From Patescibacteria group bacterium (GTDB lineage Bacteria > Patescibacteriota > Patescibacteriia > Magasanikbacterales > GWA2-37-8), in assembly GCA_004321885.1 (NCBI GenBank), contig SCQK01000013.1:1-64000 (forward strand): a stretch of 64,000 bases of DNA. The letters are read 5' to 3'. A program made the translations under genes and the position numbers. Numbering within the stretch: position 1 is the stretch's first letter; each line of letters begins with the position of its first letter. This document shows positions 21,345 to 30,940 of this stretch, one piece after another. Under the pieces are notes generated by a model, which worked only from the letters and a program-made list of their open reading frames with translations, searched no databases and was not told the DNA's origin.

Positions 21345-22037
21345 ATGAACGCGCGAAAGGTGTATAAGCACCTTTTCAAGAAATACGGACCACAAGGTTG
21401 GTGGCCACTTTGTCATTCCGACCGAGCGAAGCGAGTGGAGGAATCCCTTTTTGAAATAGCAGTCGGAGCGATACTTACCCAAAGCACCGCCTGGCGCAAT
21501 GTGGCCGTGGCGATTGCGAATCTGGACAAAGCCAAAGCCCTCACGCCCAAGGCGATAATAAAAATGCCGAAAGCACGACTCTGTAAGTTGATAAAGCCGG
21601 CCGGATATTTCAATCAAAAATGCAAGAAGTTGAAAATATTTGCCAAATGGCTGATGGAAAATTGCGGCGGCGACGTCCTGTCATTGCGAGGAGCGAAGCG
21701 ACGAAGCAATCCTTTGGAAATCAGGAATAAATTATTGTCTATCTGGGGCATCGGCAAAGAAACCGCTGATTCAATCATTCTTTACGCCCTGAACAAACCG
21801 ATTTTCGTGATTGACGCCTACACTCGCCGTCTCTGCGCAAAGTTTAGCATAAAATTCAAGGAATACGACGAGTATCGCGAGTTTTTTGAAATGTCATTGC
21901 GAGGAGCGCAGCGACGAAGCAACCCCAAACGTTTAAGCAGGGGATTGCTTCGGCCTGATGGCCTCGCAATGACATACCAAGAATACCACGCCCTTATCGT
22001 CGCCTCAGGCAAAGACAAACACAAGTACGTATTATGA
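21345..22037 (+). CDS. HhH-GPD superfamily DNA glycosylase (endonuclease III-like, no Fe-S cluster) carrying three in-frame repeat-element insertions
   Basis: 'YGPQGWWP', HhH 'IWGIGKETADSIILYAL', 'VIDAYTRRL'. Inserts at 21411-21447, 21679-21712 and 21892-21974 encode 'LCHSDRAKRVEES', 'SLRGAKRRSNP' and 'SLRGAQRRSNPKRLSRGLLRPDGLAMT'. Confidence 0.65.
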   Translation: MNARKVYKHLFKKYGPQGWWPLCHSDRAKRVEESLFEIAVGAILTQSTAWRNVAVAIANLDKAKALTPKAIIKMPKARLCKLIKPAGYFNQKCKKLKIFAKWLMENCGGDVLSLRGAKRRSNPLEIRNKLLSIWGIGKETADSIILYALNKPIFVIDAYTRRLCAKFSIKFKEYDEYREFFEMSLRGAQRRSNPKRLSRGLLRPDGLAMTYQEYHALIVASGKDKHKYVL

Positions 22038-23788
22038 AAACCCATACCAAATTAGCTCTAAAAATTTATTGGCAACACGCGAAGCGATACAGGCTTCTGC
22101 TTTTTATCGTATTTTTTTCTGCTGTCGGTGCCGCCTTGACCGGGGTTGTCATTCCTCTTTATCTTAAGAAATTCGTGGATATACTGGCGTCTCCGGGCGC
22201 TGATGCCTCCAGCCGAATAACATCCATATTAACGCTGTTTGCCGTTTGGCTGGTCGCGCAATGGGCTTTGTGGCGAATAAATACTTTTTCTTTCGCTTAT
22301 TGGCAGACAAAAATCGTGTCGGATTTATTTAACACTTGTTATCAATATTTACACAGGCATTCTTATTCGTTTTTCAACAATACTTTCGTCGGGTCGCTGG
22401 TGAAAAAAGTACAGTGGTTCAGCCGCGGCTTTGAAAACATCTCGGCCACCATTGTTTGGAATTTTTTACACATGGCGGTTCAACTGGTGTTTATCGTGGC
22501 TGTTTTGTTCGGCGTAAATACTGTCTTGGGATTGGGTATGATCGTTTGGCTGATTGTGTTTTTGGTTGTCGCCTGGATTTTCAGTTTGTATAAATTAAAA
22601 TTTGACATCAAACGCAGCGAATCGCAAACGGCCGTGTCGCGCCACTTGGCCGACACTATCACGAATCACAACACTGTTCGTCTATTTGGCGGTTTCGGCA
22701 AAGAAAAGCGTCGCTTTTGGCAATTGACGCAAGAGTATAGCAAGCGCAATATTTTTTCTTGGAATTTGAATAACTACTTTGAAATGGCGCAGGGTGTGTT
22801 GGTGGTGCTTTTGGAATTCGGTTCGCTTTTTATGGCCGCTTATTTGTGGAAGCGCGGTCAATTTACGGTGGGCGATTTTGTGTTGTTGCAAACATTTGTC
22901 TGGACGATTTTTGACCGCACCTGGGAGTTTGGTCGCAACGTGCGCCATTTTTATCAGGATTTGGCCGACGCCGAGGAGATGTCACAAATTTTTGACACAC
23001 CGCACGATATTCAAGACAAGCCCGGAGCCAAAGATTTGAAAGCGAGAGAAGGAAAAATTGAATTCGCGGATGTGACGTTTAATTATCACGAGACCAGAAA
23101 AGTGCTGGACAAATTTAATCTGGTGATCAATTCGCGCGAGCGCGTAGGGCTGGTGGGCCAGTCAGGCGCCGGCAAAACCACGATTGTCGGACTGTTGTTG
23201 CGTTTGTTTGACGTGGGCAGTGGCAAGATTTTGATTGATGGGCAAAATATCGCCGATGTTACGCAAGAAAGTTTGCGCCGCGCCACCAGCATGGTGCCGC
23301 AAGACCCGATATTATTCCATCGAACTTTGATGGAAAACATCCGCTACGGCCGAGCCGATGCCAGCGACGCCGAGGTGATGAAAGCGGCCAAATTGGCGCA
23401 CTGCCACGAGTTTATCAGCGACTTGCCGGATAAGTATGATACCTATGTGGGCGAGCGCGGGGTAAAATTGTCCGGCGGAGAACGCCAGCGCGTGGCCATC
23501 GCGCGCGCCATACTGCGCGACGCGCCGATTTTAGTGTTAGACGAAGCCACTTCCAGCTTGGATTCCGAGTCGGAAAAATTGATACAAGAAGCGATGCTGA
23601 ATTTGATGAAAGACAAGACCGTGATAATCATCGCGCATCGCTTGTCCACCCTCGCGCGTCTGGACAGAATTGTCGTGATAGAAGAGGGTGGGATTATTGA
23701 AGAGGGCTCGCACGAATCCTTGCTCAAAAACCAGCAGGGGATTTACAACAAACTTTGGAATTTGCAAGCCGGGGGATTTATTGTGTAA
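22034..23788 (+). CDS. ABC transporter, fused permease/ATPase (MsbA/exporter type)
   Basis: Six-TM N-terminal half. Walker A 'GQSGAGKTT', signature 'LSGGERQRVAIARA', Walker B 'ILVLDEATS'. Confidence 0.9.
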   Translation: MKTHTKLALKIYWQHAKRYRLLLFIVFFSAVGAALTGVVIPLYLKKFVDILASPGADASSRITSILTLFAVWLVAQWALWRINTFSFAYWQTKIVSDLFNTCYQYLHRHSYSFFNNTFVGSLVKKVQWFSRGFENISATIVWNFLHMAVQLVFIVAVLFGVNTVLGLGMIVWLIVFLVVAWIFSLYKLKFDIKRSESQTAVSRHLADTITNHNTVRLFGGFGKEKRRFWQLTQEYSKRNIFSWNLNNYFEMAQGVLVVLLEFGSLFMAAYLWKRGQFTVGDFVLLQTFVWTIFDRTWEFGRNVRHFYQDLADAEEMSQIFDTPHDIQDKPGAKDLKAREGKIEFADVTFNYHETRKVLDKFNLVINSRERVGLVGQSGAGKTTIVGLLLRLFDVGSGKILIDGQNIADVTQESLRRATSMVPQDPILFHRTLMENIRYGRADASDAEVMKAAKLAHCHEFISDLPDKYDTYVGERGVKLSGGERQRVAIARAILRDAPILVLDEATSSLDSESEKLIQEAMLNLMKDKTVIIIAHRLSTLARLDRIVVIEEGGIIEEGSHESLLKNQQGIYNKLWNLQAGGFIV

Positions 23789-23850
23789 TATGAAAAATAA
23801 AAGTTTTTTATATAGTATCCTTTTATAAATATTGTGGCTATCTTTTTATT

Positions 23851-24309
23851 ATGCCAAAAGAAAAAATGAGAAAAATTGACGAATTGTTTTCAAATGGAAA
23901 AATTTTTGAAGCAAAAAATAAAGAACTTGATAGTATTTTAACTGAATTTACAAGCGATCCAGACACGAATTTACCACAATATAAAAAATTAATACGCGCA
24001 ATTACAGTCCTAACAGTGAAAAATAATAGAAGTGCAAATAGAATCCAAATTTTATTAGTTTTACTCGCTATTTCCTCTGTTTATTTATCCATCATACAAA
24101 CTCGTTTATCTATACAACAGGCAGACTATACAGAAATATCAACAAGAGCTGCTCGTATAGATCAAAATATTTCACTAAGGCAGGGGGCTGATTATTGTAA
24201 ACAGAATCCTACTTCTACCGATTCAGGTTTGTTTTTCGATAATGGCAAATCAGCAACATGCGCTGAAGTTTTAAAATCAAGCAAAATAAAAAATTTGGAT
24301 AATAAATAA
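23851..24309 (+). CDS. Hypothetical single-TM protein in an AT-rich islet
   Basis: 152 aa, one central TM helix, strongly AT-rich codon usage compared with neighbours. Confidence 0.35.
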   Translation: MPKEKMRKIDELFSNGKIFEAKNKELDSILTEFTSDPDTNLPQYKKLIRAITVLTVKNNRSANRIQILLVLLAISSVYLSIIQTRLSIQQADYTEISTRAARIDQNISLRQGADYCKQNPTSTDSGLFFDNGKSATCAEVLKSSKIKNLDNK

Positions 24310-24322
24310 ATAGAACGTTTGT

Positions 24323-24796
24323 ATGGCTCAAATTTTTCAAACAGAAAATTTCATTGTTGAGGCGGCTGACTATCCGCACGTTACGCGCAAAGATGGCGGG
24401 CATATTAAAATTTATCCCAAAGTAAGAATTGTTGACCGGACACAATTATCACCCAAGTTAGCCATTGAACTTATGCGTTTAACGATGCTTATTGGCGAAG
24501 CGATGACTGTCGGACTCAATAATAGAGGCATAGATATAGGCAGGATAAACTATCACGATGATGGAAATTGGAGCGTTTTTAAGCCCGAAGGTCCATATCT
24601 GCACATTCACCTGTACGGCCGGGCTAAAAGTGCAAAAATTCAAAAATGGGGAGATGCACTTTATCAGCCGCAACGCGACACAGGATTTTATGAAAATTGT
24701 GAGCCGTTAAATAACGAGGATATTGTCGAAATTAAAAAAGAGATTGAAATTTTGTCGCGACAGAAAAAATATCAACTTACTGAGTGGGGACTTTGA
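24323..24796 (+). CDS. HIT-like superfamily protein with variant H-x-H-x-Y motif, in the AT-rich islet
   Basis: 'GGHIKIYPK' resembles the HIT 'GHxLVIPK' motif. 'PYLHIHLYGR' sits at the HIT histidine-triad position with the third His replaced by Tyr. Confidence 0.4.
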   Translation: MAQIFQTENFIVEAADYPHVTRKDGGHIKIYPKVRIVDRTQLSPKLAIELMRLTMLIGEAMTVGLNNRGIDIGRINYHDDGNWSVFKPEGPYLHIHLYGRAKSAKIQKWGDALYQPQRDTGFYENCEPLNNEDIVEIKKEIEILSRQKKYQLTEWGL

Positions 24797-24804
24797 TAAA
24801 TATT

Positions 24805-27800
24805 ATGGCGGAGCTAAACAAATCGCAAAAATCGGCGGTGGAGTATGTTGGCGGACCGCTACTGATAGTGGCGGGCGCTGGCACGGGCAAAACCACTGTC
24901 ATCACCAAAAAAATCGCCCACCTGATAGAGCAAAACCTGGCCAAGCCCGAGGGAATTTTGGCGTTGGCTTTTAACGACAAAGCGGCCGATGAAATCCAGA
25001 CCCGCGTTGACGCCGAACTGGAGCTGGGCTACGTCGAAACGCATATTTCCACGTTCCACGCTTTTTGCCAAAAACTTTTGGAAACATACGGGCTGGATAT
25101 TGGCATCTCCAATCAGTTCAAAGTACTCACGCAAACAGACGCCTGGATTTTGGTGCGCAAAAATCTGGATAAGTTCAATCTTGATTATTATCGTCCGCTC
25201 GGCAATCCCACGCGCCATATTCACGAACTCATCAAACATTTTTCCAAATGCAAAGACGAACTGATTACTCCGAATGAATATCTGGAATACGCCGAGAACG
25301 TGGAATTAGACAAAGACAACAAAAACACTGGCGAGCGCACGCGTCTGACAGAGGTGGCCAACGCTTATCACGCCTATAATCAGCTGTTGCTGGACAACAA
25401 CGTCTTGGATTTTGGCGATTTGATTTTTTACGCGAACAAACTATTGGCCGAACGGCCGAAAATTTTAGATGGTTTGCGCAAGCAATTCAAATATATTTTG
25501 GTGGATGAGTTTCAGGACGTGAATTACGCGCAGTATGAGCTCGTGCAAATGCTCTCCCACCCCCCCTCCGTCCCCCCCTCAGGCAGGGGGGGAGGACATG
25601 GAGCCCAACTCACGGCGGTAGGGGATGATGACCAGAGTATCTACGCTTTTCGCGGGGCCTCGGTGTCCAATATCTTGCGCTTCAAAGATGATTATCCGAA
25701 GTGCAAAGAAATCGTGCTGACCGAAAACTATCGCTCGGGACAAAAGATATTGGACATCTGTTACAAATCAATTCAAAACAATAATCCTGACCGGTTGGAA
25801 GCGAAATTAAAAATTGATAAAAAGTTGAAAGTGGCTACCCCCCCTTCGCCCCCCCCTTATCAAGGGGGGGAAGTAATCCATATCCACTGCGCCACCTTGG
25901 AGCAGGAGGCGAGCGCGGTGGCCCAAGAAATATCACGGCTTAAAAAAAGCGAGTCCGAAGCGAACTGGGACGATTTCGCGATTTTGGTGCGCGCCAACAG
26001 CCACGCTGATATTTTTGTAAACGCGCTTGCCAATGCCGGCATTCCCTGTGAGTTTTGGGCCGCCAGCGGCTTGTATCATCAGCCCATCGTATTGGATTGC
26101 TTTAATTTTTTCAAACTCATCACCAATTATCACGAATCAACGGCAATTTACCGCCTCCTGCGCCTGCCGTTTGTAAACTTCAAGGAAAACGACTTACAAA
26201 AAATCACGTATAACGCCCACAAAAAAACCGTTTCGTATTACGAGGCGCTTAAACGCGGCGCCGAGTTTGGTTTATCAACCGAAGGCGCCGTAATCGCGGA
26301 TAAAATCATTTCTCTTATTCACGACGGCATGAAATCCGGCCGCTTTGAAAAACCACACCGCGTGCTTTACGACTTTTTGGACAAGAGTGGCTATCTGAAA
26401 TATCTGGCGCACGAAGAAAACGAGGGCAACGCCAATGTTATCCGACAAATCTACCAGCTGACCGACTTTTTTGAGTTTATAAAAAAGTACGAGCAGGCTA
26501 GCCCCGACGCCAACGTTTACGGCCTGATGGAACACATGGAATATCTGCTTGACTCTGGCGAAGAAGGCGCCATGCGCCAACAAAACGATACGCCCGATTC
26601 GGTGAACATTTTTACCGTGCACAAGGCCAAGGGTTTGGAGTTCAAGTATGTTTTTATGGTCAATCTGGTGGAAGACCGTTTTCCCTCGCGCAAAAAATCC
26701 GAGCCTATTGAAATCCCTCTGCCGCTGGTGAAAGAAAAACTGCCCGAGGGAGACAGCCATCTGCAGGAAGAGCGCCGCTTGTTTTACGTGGCGGCTACGC
26801 GCGCCAAAGAGCGCTTGTATTTTACCAGCGCCGACGACTACGGCGGAGCGCGCAAGAAAAAAATCAGCCGCTTTTTGGATGAGTTGGGGTATAAAGCTGG
26901 CTCCATAGTCCCGCAGGGCTATGGAGCCAAGATGCAGTATGTCTCCATAGGATTGCCTGCGGCAACCACTATGGAGCCAGCGAAGGGTGAGTTTGTTTAC
27001 GCCCCGCCCAAGATTTTTTCCTTTTCGCAAATCAAATCGTACAATAATTGTCCGTATCAGTACAAACTCGCCAGCATTATTCACTTACCGCAAAAGCAAA
27101 GTCACTATTTCAGTTTTGGCAACAGCATGCATAACACCTTACTGGAGTTTTACAAGCGGGTACAGGCGTTAAATAACAGCCGGCAGGAAAGTTTGTTCGG
27201 AATTACAAATGGCTCCGCAGGCCGCGCGGCGGGCACTATCCGCCTACGCGGCACTATGGAGCCAACCGTGAACAGTGTAAACAACGAAGTAAAAGCCCCG
27301 CCCTTGGATGAACTTCTGGGAATTTATCAAAAAAATTGGATTGACGAGTGGTATTTGAGCAAAAAACAAAAAGATGAATACTTTAGCGAAGGCAAAAAAA
27401 TGCTGGCCGCTTTTTACGAATCCAATAAGGACAGGTGGACGGTGCCCGTGGCGCTGGAAGGCGCGTTCAAAATCAAAATAGGGGAGTACTTTTTGGCCGG
27501 ACGCATGGACAGGGTGGATAAACTGCCAGACGGTTCGTTGGAAATTATTGATTACAAAACCGGCGAAAGTAAAGAAACGGCCGCGGGCGAAGAAAAAGAG
27601 CAGTTGATGATTTACCAGATGGCGGCCGAGCAGTTGTCACGCTACAAAGAAATTGGCCGCGCCGGCAAACTCACCCTGTATTATTTACGCGATAATTTGC
27701 CGGTGTCTTTTATCGGCGAGGAAAAAGAACTGGAAAAAATAAAAACAAAACTGCTTGGGGTGATGGAAAAAATAATTGCCGGCGACTTTCGCGCCACGCC

Positions 27801-27858
27801 GGAAAAATTTGTCTGCAAAAATTGCCATTTCCGCGATATTTGCGAATTTCGCGTATGA
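24805..27858 (+). CDS. UvrD/PcrA-family SF1 helicase fused to a C-terminal PD-(D/E)xK (Cas4/AddB-like, Cys-cluster) nuclease, with two in-frame GC-rich repeat insertions
   Basis: Walker A 'AGAGTGKTT', 'LVDEFQD', 'GDDDQSIY'. C-terminal 'GRMDRVD...EIIDYKTG' and C...CKNCHFRDIC. Inserts at 25553-25602 ('HPPSVPPSGRGGGHGAQ') and 25838-25880 ('PPSPPPYQGGEV'). Confidence 0.85.
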   Translation: MAELNKSQKSAVEYVGGPLLIVAGAGTGKTTVITKKIAHLIEQNLAKPEGILALAFNDKAADEIQTRVDAELELGYVETHISTFHAFCQKLLETYGLDIGISNQFKVLTQTDAWILVRKNLDKFNLDYYRPLGNPTRHIHELIKHFSKCKDELITPNEYLEYAENVELDKDNKNTGERTRLTEVANAYHAYNQLLLDNNVLDFGDLIFYANKLLAERPKILDGLRKQFKYILVDEFQDVNYAQYELVQMLSHPPSVPPSGRGGGHGAQLTAVGDDDQSIYAFRGASVSNILRFKDDYPKCKEIVLTENYRSGQKILDICYKSIQNNNPDRLEAKLKIDKKLKVATPPSPPPYQGGEVIHIHCATLEQEASAVAQEISRLKKSESEANWDDFAILVRANSHADIFVNALANAGIPCEFWAASGLYHQPIVLDCFNFFKLITNYHESTAIYRLLRLPFVNFKENDLQKITYNAHKKTVSYYEALKRGAEFGLSTEGAVIADKIISLIHDGMKSGRFEKPHRVLYDFLDKSGYLKYLAHEENEGNANVIRQIYQLTDFFEFIKKYEQASPDANVYGLMEHMEYLLDSGEEGAMRQQNDTPDSVNIFTVHKAKGLEFKYVFMVNLVEDRFPSRKKSEPIEIPLPLVKEKLPEGDSHLQEERRLFYVAATRAKERLYFTSADDYGGARKKKISRFLDELGYKAGSIVPQGYGAKMQYVSIGLPAATTMEPAKGEFVYAPPKIFSFSQIKSYNNCPYQYKLASIIHLPQKQSHYFSFGNSMHNTLLEFYKRVQALNNSRQESLFGITNGSAGRAAGTIRLRGTMEPTVNSVNNEVKAPPLDELLGIYQKNWIDEWYLSKKQKDEYFSEGKKMLAAFYESNKDRWTVPVALEGAFKIKIGEYFLAGRMDRVDKLPDGSLEIIDYKTGESKETAAGEEKEQLMIYQMAAEQLSRYKEIGRAGKLTLYYLRDNLPVSFIGEEKELEKIKTKLLGVMEKIIAGDFRATPEKFVCKNCHFRDICEFRV

Positions 27859-28148
27859 TAGATTCCCTGGGCAACATCTTAAAACAACGCGCCAGTACCT
27901 CGCCTATATGGCGCGGGGTGCGGGCGGCGACCATTCTGGAGCAGGCCAACTTTGAAATAAAACGCCTCTTGGGCGAGGAAGCAGGCAAATACGCGAACGC
28001 CGCTTACGTTAAAAACAACGTTTTGACGGTGGCCTGCCTTAGCACCGTGGCCGCCCAAGCCATCCGCCTTAATGAAAAGGAAATAATCAAAACAATCAAC
28101 TCGCGGGCAGGCGAAAACGCAGTGCAAAAAATACGCTACTTGGCGTAA
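27855..28148 (+). CDS. DUF721/DciA-like small protein
   Basis: 97 aa. ATG overlaps the uvrD stop (ATGA). The pattern resembles DUF721. Weak call. Confidence 0.35.
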   Translation: MIDSLGNILKQRASTSPIWRGVRAATILEQANFEIKRLLGEEAGKYANAAYVKNNVLTVACLSTVAAQAIRLNEKEIIKTINSRAGENAVQKIRYLA

Positions 28149-28199
28149 TTTCAACGCCTTGACCGCTTGACTGAAAGGGGATAAAATACCTCCGCGCGT

Positions 28200-28565
28200 A
28201 TGTCTCTAAAAGCCTACTTAATTTTGATGTCCATTGCCACGGCGATTTGCTGGGCCGCCTGGCTCTTCGTGGTCACCAGCATGGACCCGGGTGAAGCCAA
28301 AACAGCTGGATTCTTTTTTTTCTATTCCAGCTTGTATCTGGCCCTGCTCGGCAGTTTTTCGGTTATCGGCTTCGCGCTCAAAGAGTGGCTTTTCGCCAAC
28401 CCTGCCACTGTGCTCTTTAACCAGGTCAAGCGCGCTTTTTGGCAGGGAGCGCTGGCGGCTGGCGCGGTAATTTTCGCCTTGCTCCTGCAGCAGTTCAGAA
28501 TTTTACGCTGGTGGAATGTAATCTTGCTTCTTTTTGTAATCGGAATATGTTTAAAAAAATACTAA
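28200..28565 (+). CDS. Small integral membrane protein (3-4 TM)
   Basis: 121 aa hydrophobic protein immediately upstream of mreB, overlapping its start. Confidence 0.4.
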   Translation: MSLKAYLILMSIATAICWAAWLFVVTSMDPGEAKTAGFFFFYSSLYLALLGSFSVIGFALKEWLFANPATVLFNQVKRAFWQGALAAGAVIFALLLQQFRILRWWNVILLLFVIGICLKKY

Positions 28566-29596
28566 ACCACTTCAAGCGCGATATCGGCATTGATTTGGGC
28601 ACGGCCAACACTTTGCTTTACGTGAAGGGCCGCGGCATCGTGATAAACGAGCCAAGCGTCGTAGCCATCAACACGCGCACCGAGCAAATTTTGGCCGTGG
28701 GCAACGAAGCCAAAGAAATGCTGGGCAAAACTCCGCCGCATATCGTTACTACGCGCCCGCTCACCGGCGGCATCATTTCCGATTTTGAAGTCACCGAAAA
28801 AATGCTGCACTATTTTATAGAAAAAATTTGCGAGGGCAGTATGAATTTTTTCAACCGTCCCCGCGTGGTCATCGGCGCCCCCTTGGAAATTACCGAGGTG
28901 GAACGAAAGGCCATCAGCGACGCGACCATGAGCGCCGGCGCCAAAGAAGTGTGGATTGTGGAAGAACCGATGGCGGCCGCTATCGGGTCGCGCATGCCCA
29001 TTCAAGAACCGATGGGTAACTTCATCGTGGAAATCGGCGGGGGCACCACTGAAATCGCGGTCATCTCTTTAAGCGGCATTGTCACATGGCGGTCGCTCAA
29101 AATAGCGGGCGACGAGTTGAACAAAAATATCGTCGCCTACGCGCGCGACATATTCAACCTACTGCTCGGGGAAAAACAGGCCGAGGAAATTAAAATCAAA
29201 ATCGGCTCGGCCATAGAGCTGTCCGAACCCATGCAGTTTCCCATGCGCGGCCGCGACATGATTACGGGCCTGCCCAAGGAAGTGATGATTTCCGACTCGC
29301 AGGTGCGCGAAGCCATGACCAAATCATTGCGCCATATCGTGGATAACATTAAAGAAACCTTGGAGAAAACCCCGCCCGAGCTGGTGGCCGACATTCACGA
29401 ACGGGGTATTCTTATCTCGGGCGGGGGAGCGCTCTTGCGCGGCGTAGACCAACTTATCGCGCGGGCCGCCGAAATCCCGGTGCGCGTCAGCGATGACCCG
29501 CTCACGTCAATGGTGCGCGGAGCCGGCGCTCTATTAGACGAAGACGACCTGTTAAAATCGGTCGCGGTAAATCCGACGAGTGCCAAATATGCCTAA
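28547..29596 (+). CDS. mreB: Rod-shape determining actin homologue MreB
   Basis: 'DIGIDLGTANTLLYVKGRGIV', 'EEPMAAAIG', 'IGGGTTEIAVIS'. ATG at 28547. Confidence 0.9.
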   Translation: MFKKILNHFKRDIGIDLGTANTLLYVKGRGIVINEPSVVAINTRTEQILAVGNEAKEMLGKTPPHIVTTRPLTGGIISDFEVTEKMLHYFIEKICEGSMNFFNRPRVVIGAPLEITEVERKAISDATMSAGAKEVWIVEEPMAAAIGSRMPIQEPMGNFIVEIGGGTTEIAVISLSGIVTWRSLKIAGDELNKNIVAYARDIFNLLLGEKQAEEIKIKIGSAIELSEPMQFPMRGRDMITGLPKEVMISDSQVREAMTKSLRHIVDNIKETLEKTPPELVADIHERGILISGGGALLRGVDQLIARAAEIPVRVSDDPLTSMVRGAGALLDEDDLLKSVAVNPTSAKYA

Positions 29597-30386
29597 GCAA
29601 TCACGCAAAAAAGTCATTCTTTTGGCCGGTTTTTTTGTTATTTATCTAACGGCCCACTATTTGGGTTTAACCGGGGCGATGGAAAGGGCCGCGCGCGGCG
29701 CGCTTATTCCATTTGCGGCGGCCGCTTATGGCTGGAGCAATAACCTCGTTTCCAAATATAATTTTTTCTCCAGCCGCGAAAAACTATCGGTCGAGCTCAA
29801 CCAATGCCTGGCCGACAGGGCCAAACGCGAATCAGCCGAAGCCCGTTTGAAAAATTTGGAAATGGAAAACGCCGAATTAAAAAAATTGGCCGCTTTTAAA
29901 TCAAAAAAAGGCCAAGGCATGCTCGCGACAAACGTCATTGGAAAAAATACCGACAACATTGAAAAAATGGTCATTATAGACGCCGGCGAAAAAGAAGGCG
30001 TGGTAGTCGGGCAGGCGGTTGTTGCCGGCGATGGGCTCTTCGTCGGAGTCGTCGCCAGAGCCAAGCCTGACATTTCTTTCGTCAGACTGATAAATGATAA
30101 CCAAAGCAAGATAGCCGCGACAGCGCTGAACAAGGATAAAAGCATCGGCGTGGTGGAAGGCGGCTTTGGTCTTAGCGTACGGATGAATTTTATTCCCCGC
30201 GGCGAAGAATTGCTGGTGGGAGATTTCGTTATTACCTCGGGACTGGACAAAGCTATTCCGCGCGGCCTCCTCATCGGCCAAGTAGCCGTCTCGGAAAACG
30301 AGGCCTACCAGCCTTTTCAGCAGGCTGTTTTAATCACGGCGGCCGATTTGGAAAAGCTCTCCATAGTGGGCGTGCTTAAATATTAA
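29580..30386 (+). CDS. mreC: Rod-shape determining protein MreC
   Basis: N-terminal TM, coiled coil, C-terminal beta domain. Position after mreB. Confidence 0.75.
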   Translation: MPNMPKQSRKKVILLAGFFVIYLTAHYLGLTGAMERAARGALIPFAAAAYGWSNNLVSKYNFFSSREKLSVELNQCLADRAKRESAEARLKNLEMENAELKKLAAFKSKKGQGMLATNVIGKNTDNIEKMVIIDAGEKEGVVVGQAVVAGDGLFVGVVARAKPDISFVRLINDNQSKIAATALNKDKSIGVVEGGFGLSVRMNFIPRGEELLVGDFVITSGLDKAIPRGLLIGQVAVSENEAYQPFQQAVLITAADLEKLSIVGVLKY

Positions 30387-30397
30387 AACCCAAGCGC

Positions 30398-30940
30398 ATG
30401 CCTTTTCTTCGCGCCTTAAAATTTTTAACGCTCGCCCTGACAATCTTCGTGATTCACATTTTTTTTATAAATTTTTTTCCCTTTCCGATAAACAGAGTCA
30501 ACATTATTTTTTTATTTCTGCTTTGGCTGATTCTCTTGGACCGGGGCGTCAAAATTTATTGGCTCGCGTTTTTGACGGTTTTTATGTCTGAACAATTCAT
30601 AAATTTGCCGTACGGGGCCAGCGCGGCGGCTACCCTCATCGCCTTCGTTGTCATCAATTGGTTTTTAACGAATATCCTCACGAATCGTAATGGCTATATC
30701 GTTTTCTTGTCGGCGGCCGGCGGTTTGCTGTTGTTTCGGTGCGTCTTCTTTTTCTTCTTGTTTCTGTTCAATTTGTTTGCGCGCCAAAAAACAGCCATCG
30801 GCCTTGACGCGCTGATAGATTTTGCCTGGGAAGCCGGTCTCACGGCGCCGCTTCTGACCATAATTTATTTTGGAGCGGCGCGCGTCATCAAGACGCTCAA
30901 TCCGATGTATGTCAGCGCCCGCAAACAAATCTATGAATAA
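30398..30940 (+). CDS. mreD: MreD-like polytopic membrane protein
   Basis: Highly hydrophobic 180-aa protein lying between mreC and mrdA. Confidence 0.55.
   Translation: MPFLRALKFLTLALTIFVIHIFFINFFPFPINRVNIIFLFLLWLILLDRGVKIYWLAFLTVFMSEQFINLPYGASAAATLIAFVVINWFLTNILTNRNGYIVFLSAAGGLLLFRCVFFFFLFLFNLFARQKTAIGLDALIDFAWEAGLTAPLLTIIYFGAARVIKTLNPMYVSARKQIYE

Noticed and set aside
25553-25880. Poly-C/poly-G tracts in uvrD as homopolymeric phase-variation switches
   Set aside because: The tracts are paired as C-arm/G-arm palindromes belonging to the dispersed repeat family and are in frame. Slipped-strand phase variation would typically need a single long homopolymer near the 5' end.
26275-27084. 269-aa minus-strand ORF inside uvrD, and similar long antisense ORFs (19120..19809, 29726..30274, 13629..14186, 53222..53953, 47614..48279)
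   Set aside because: They lie antisense to genes with unambiguous conserved motifs. They are expected artefacts of biased codon usage.
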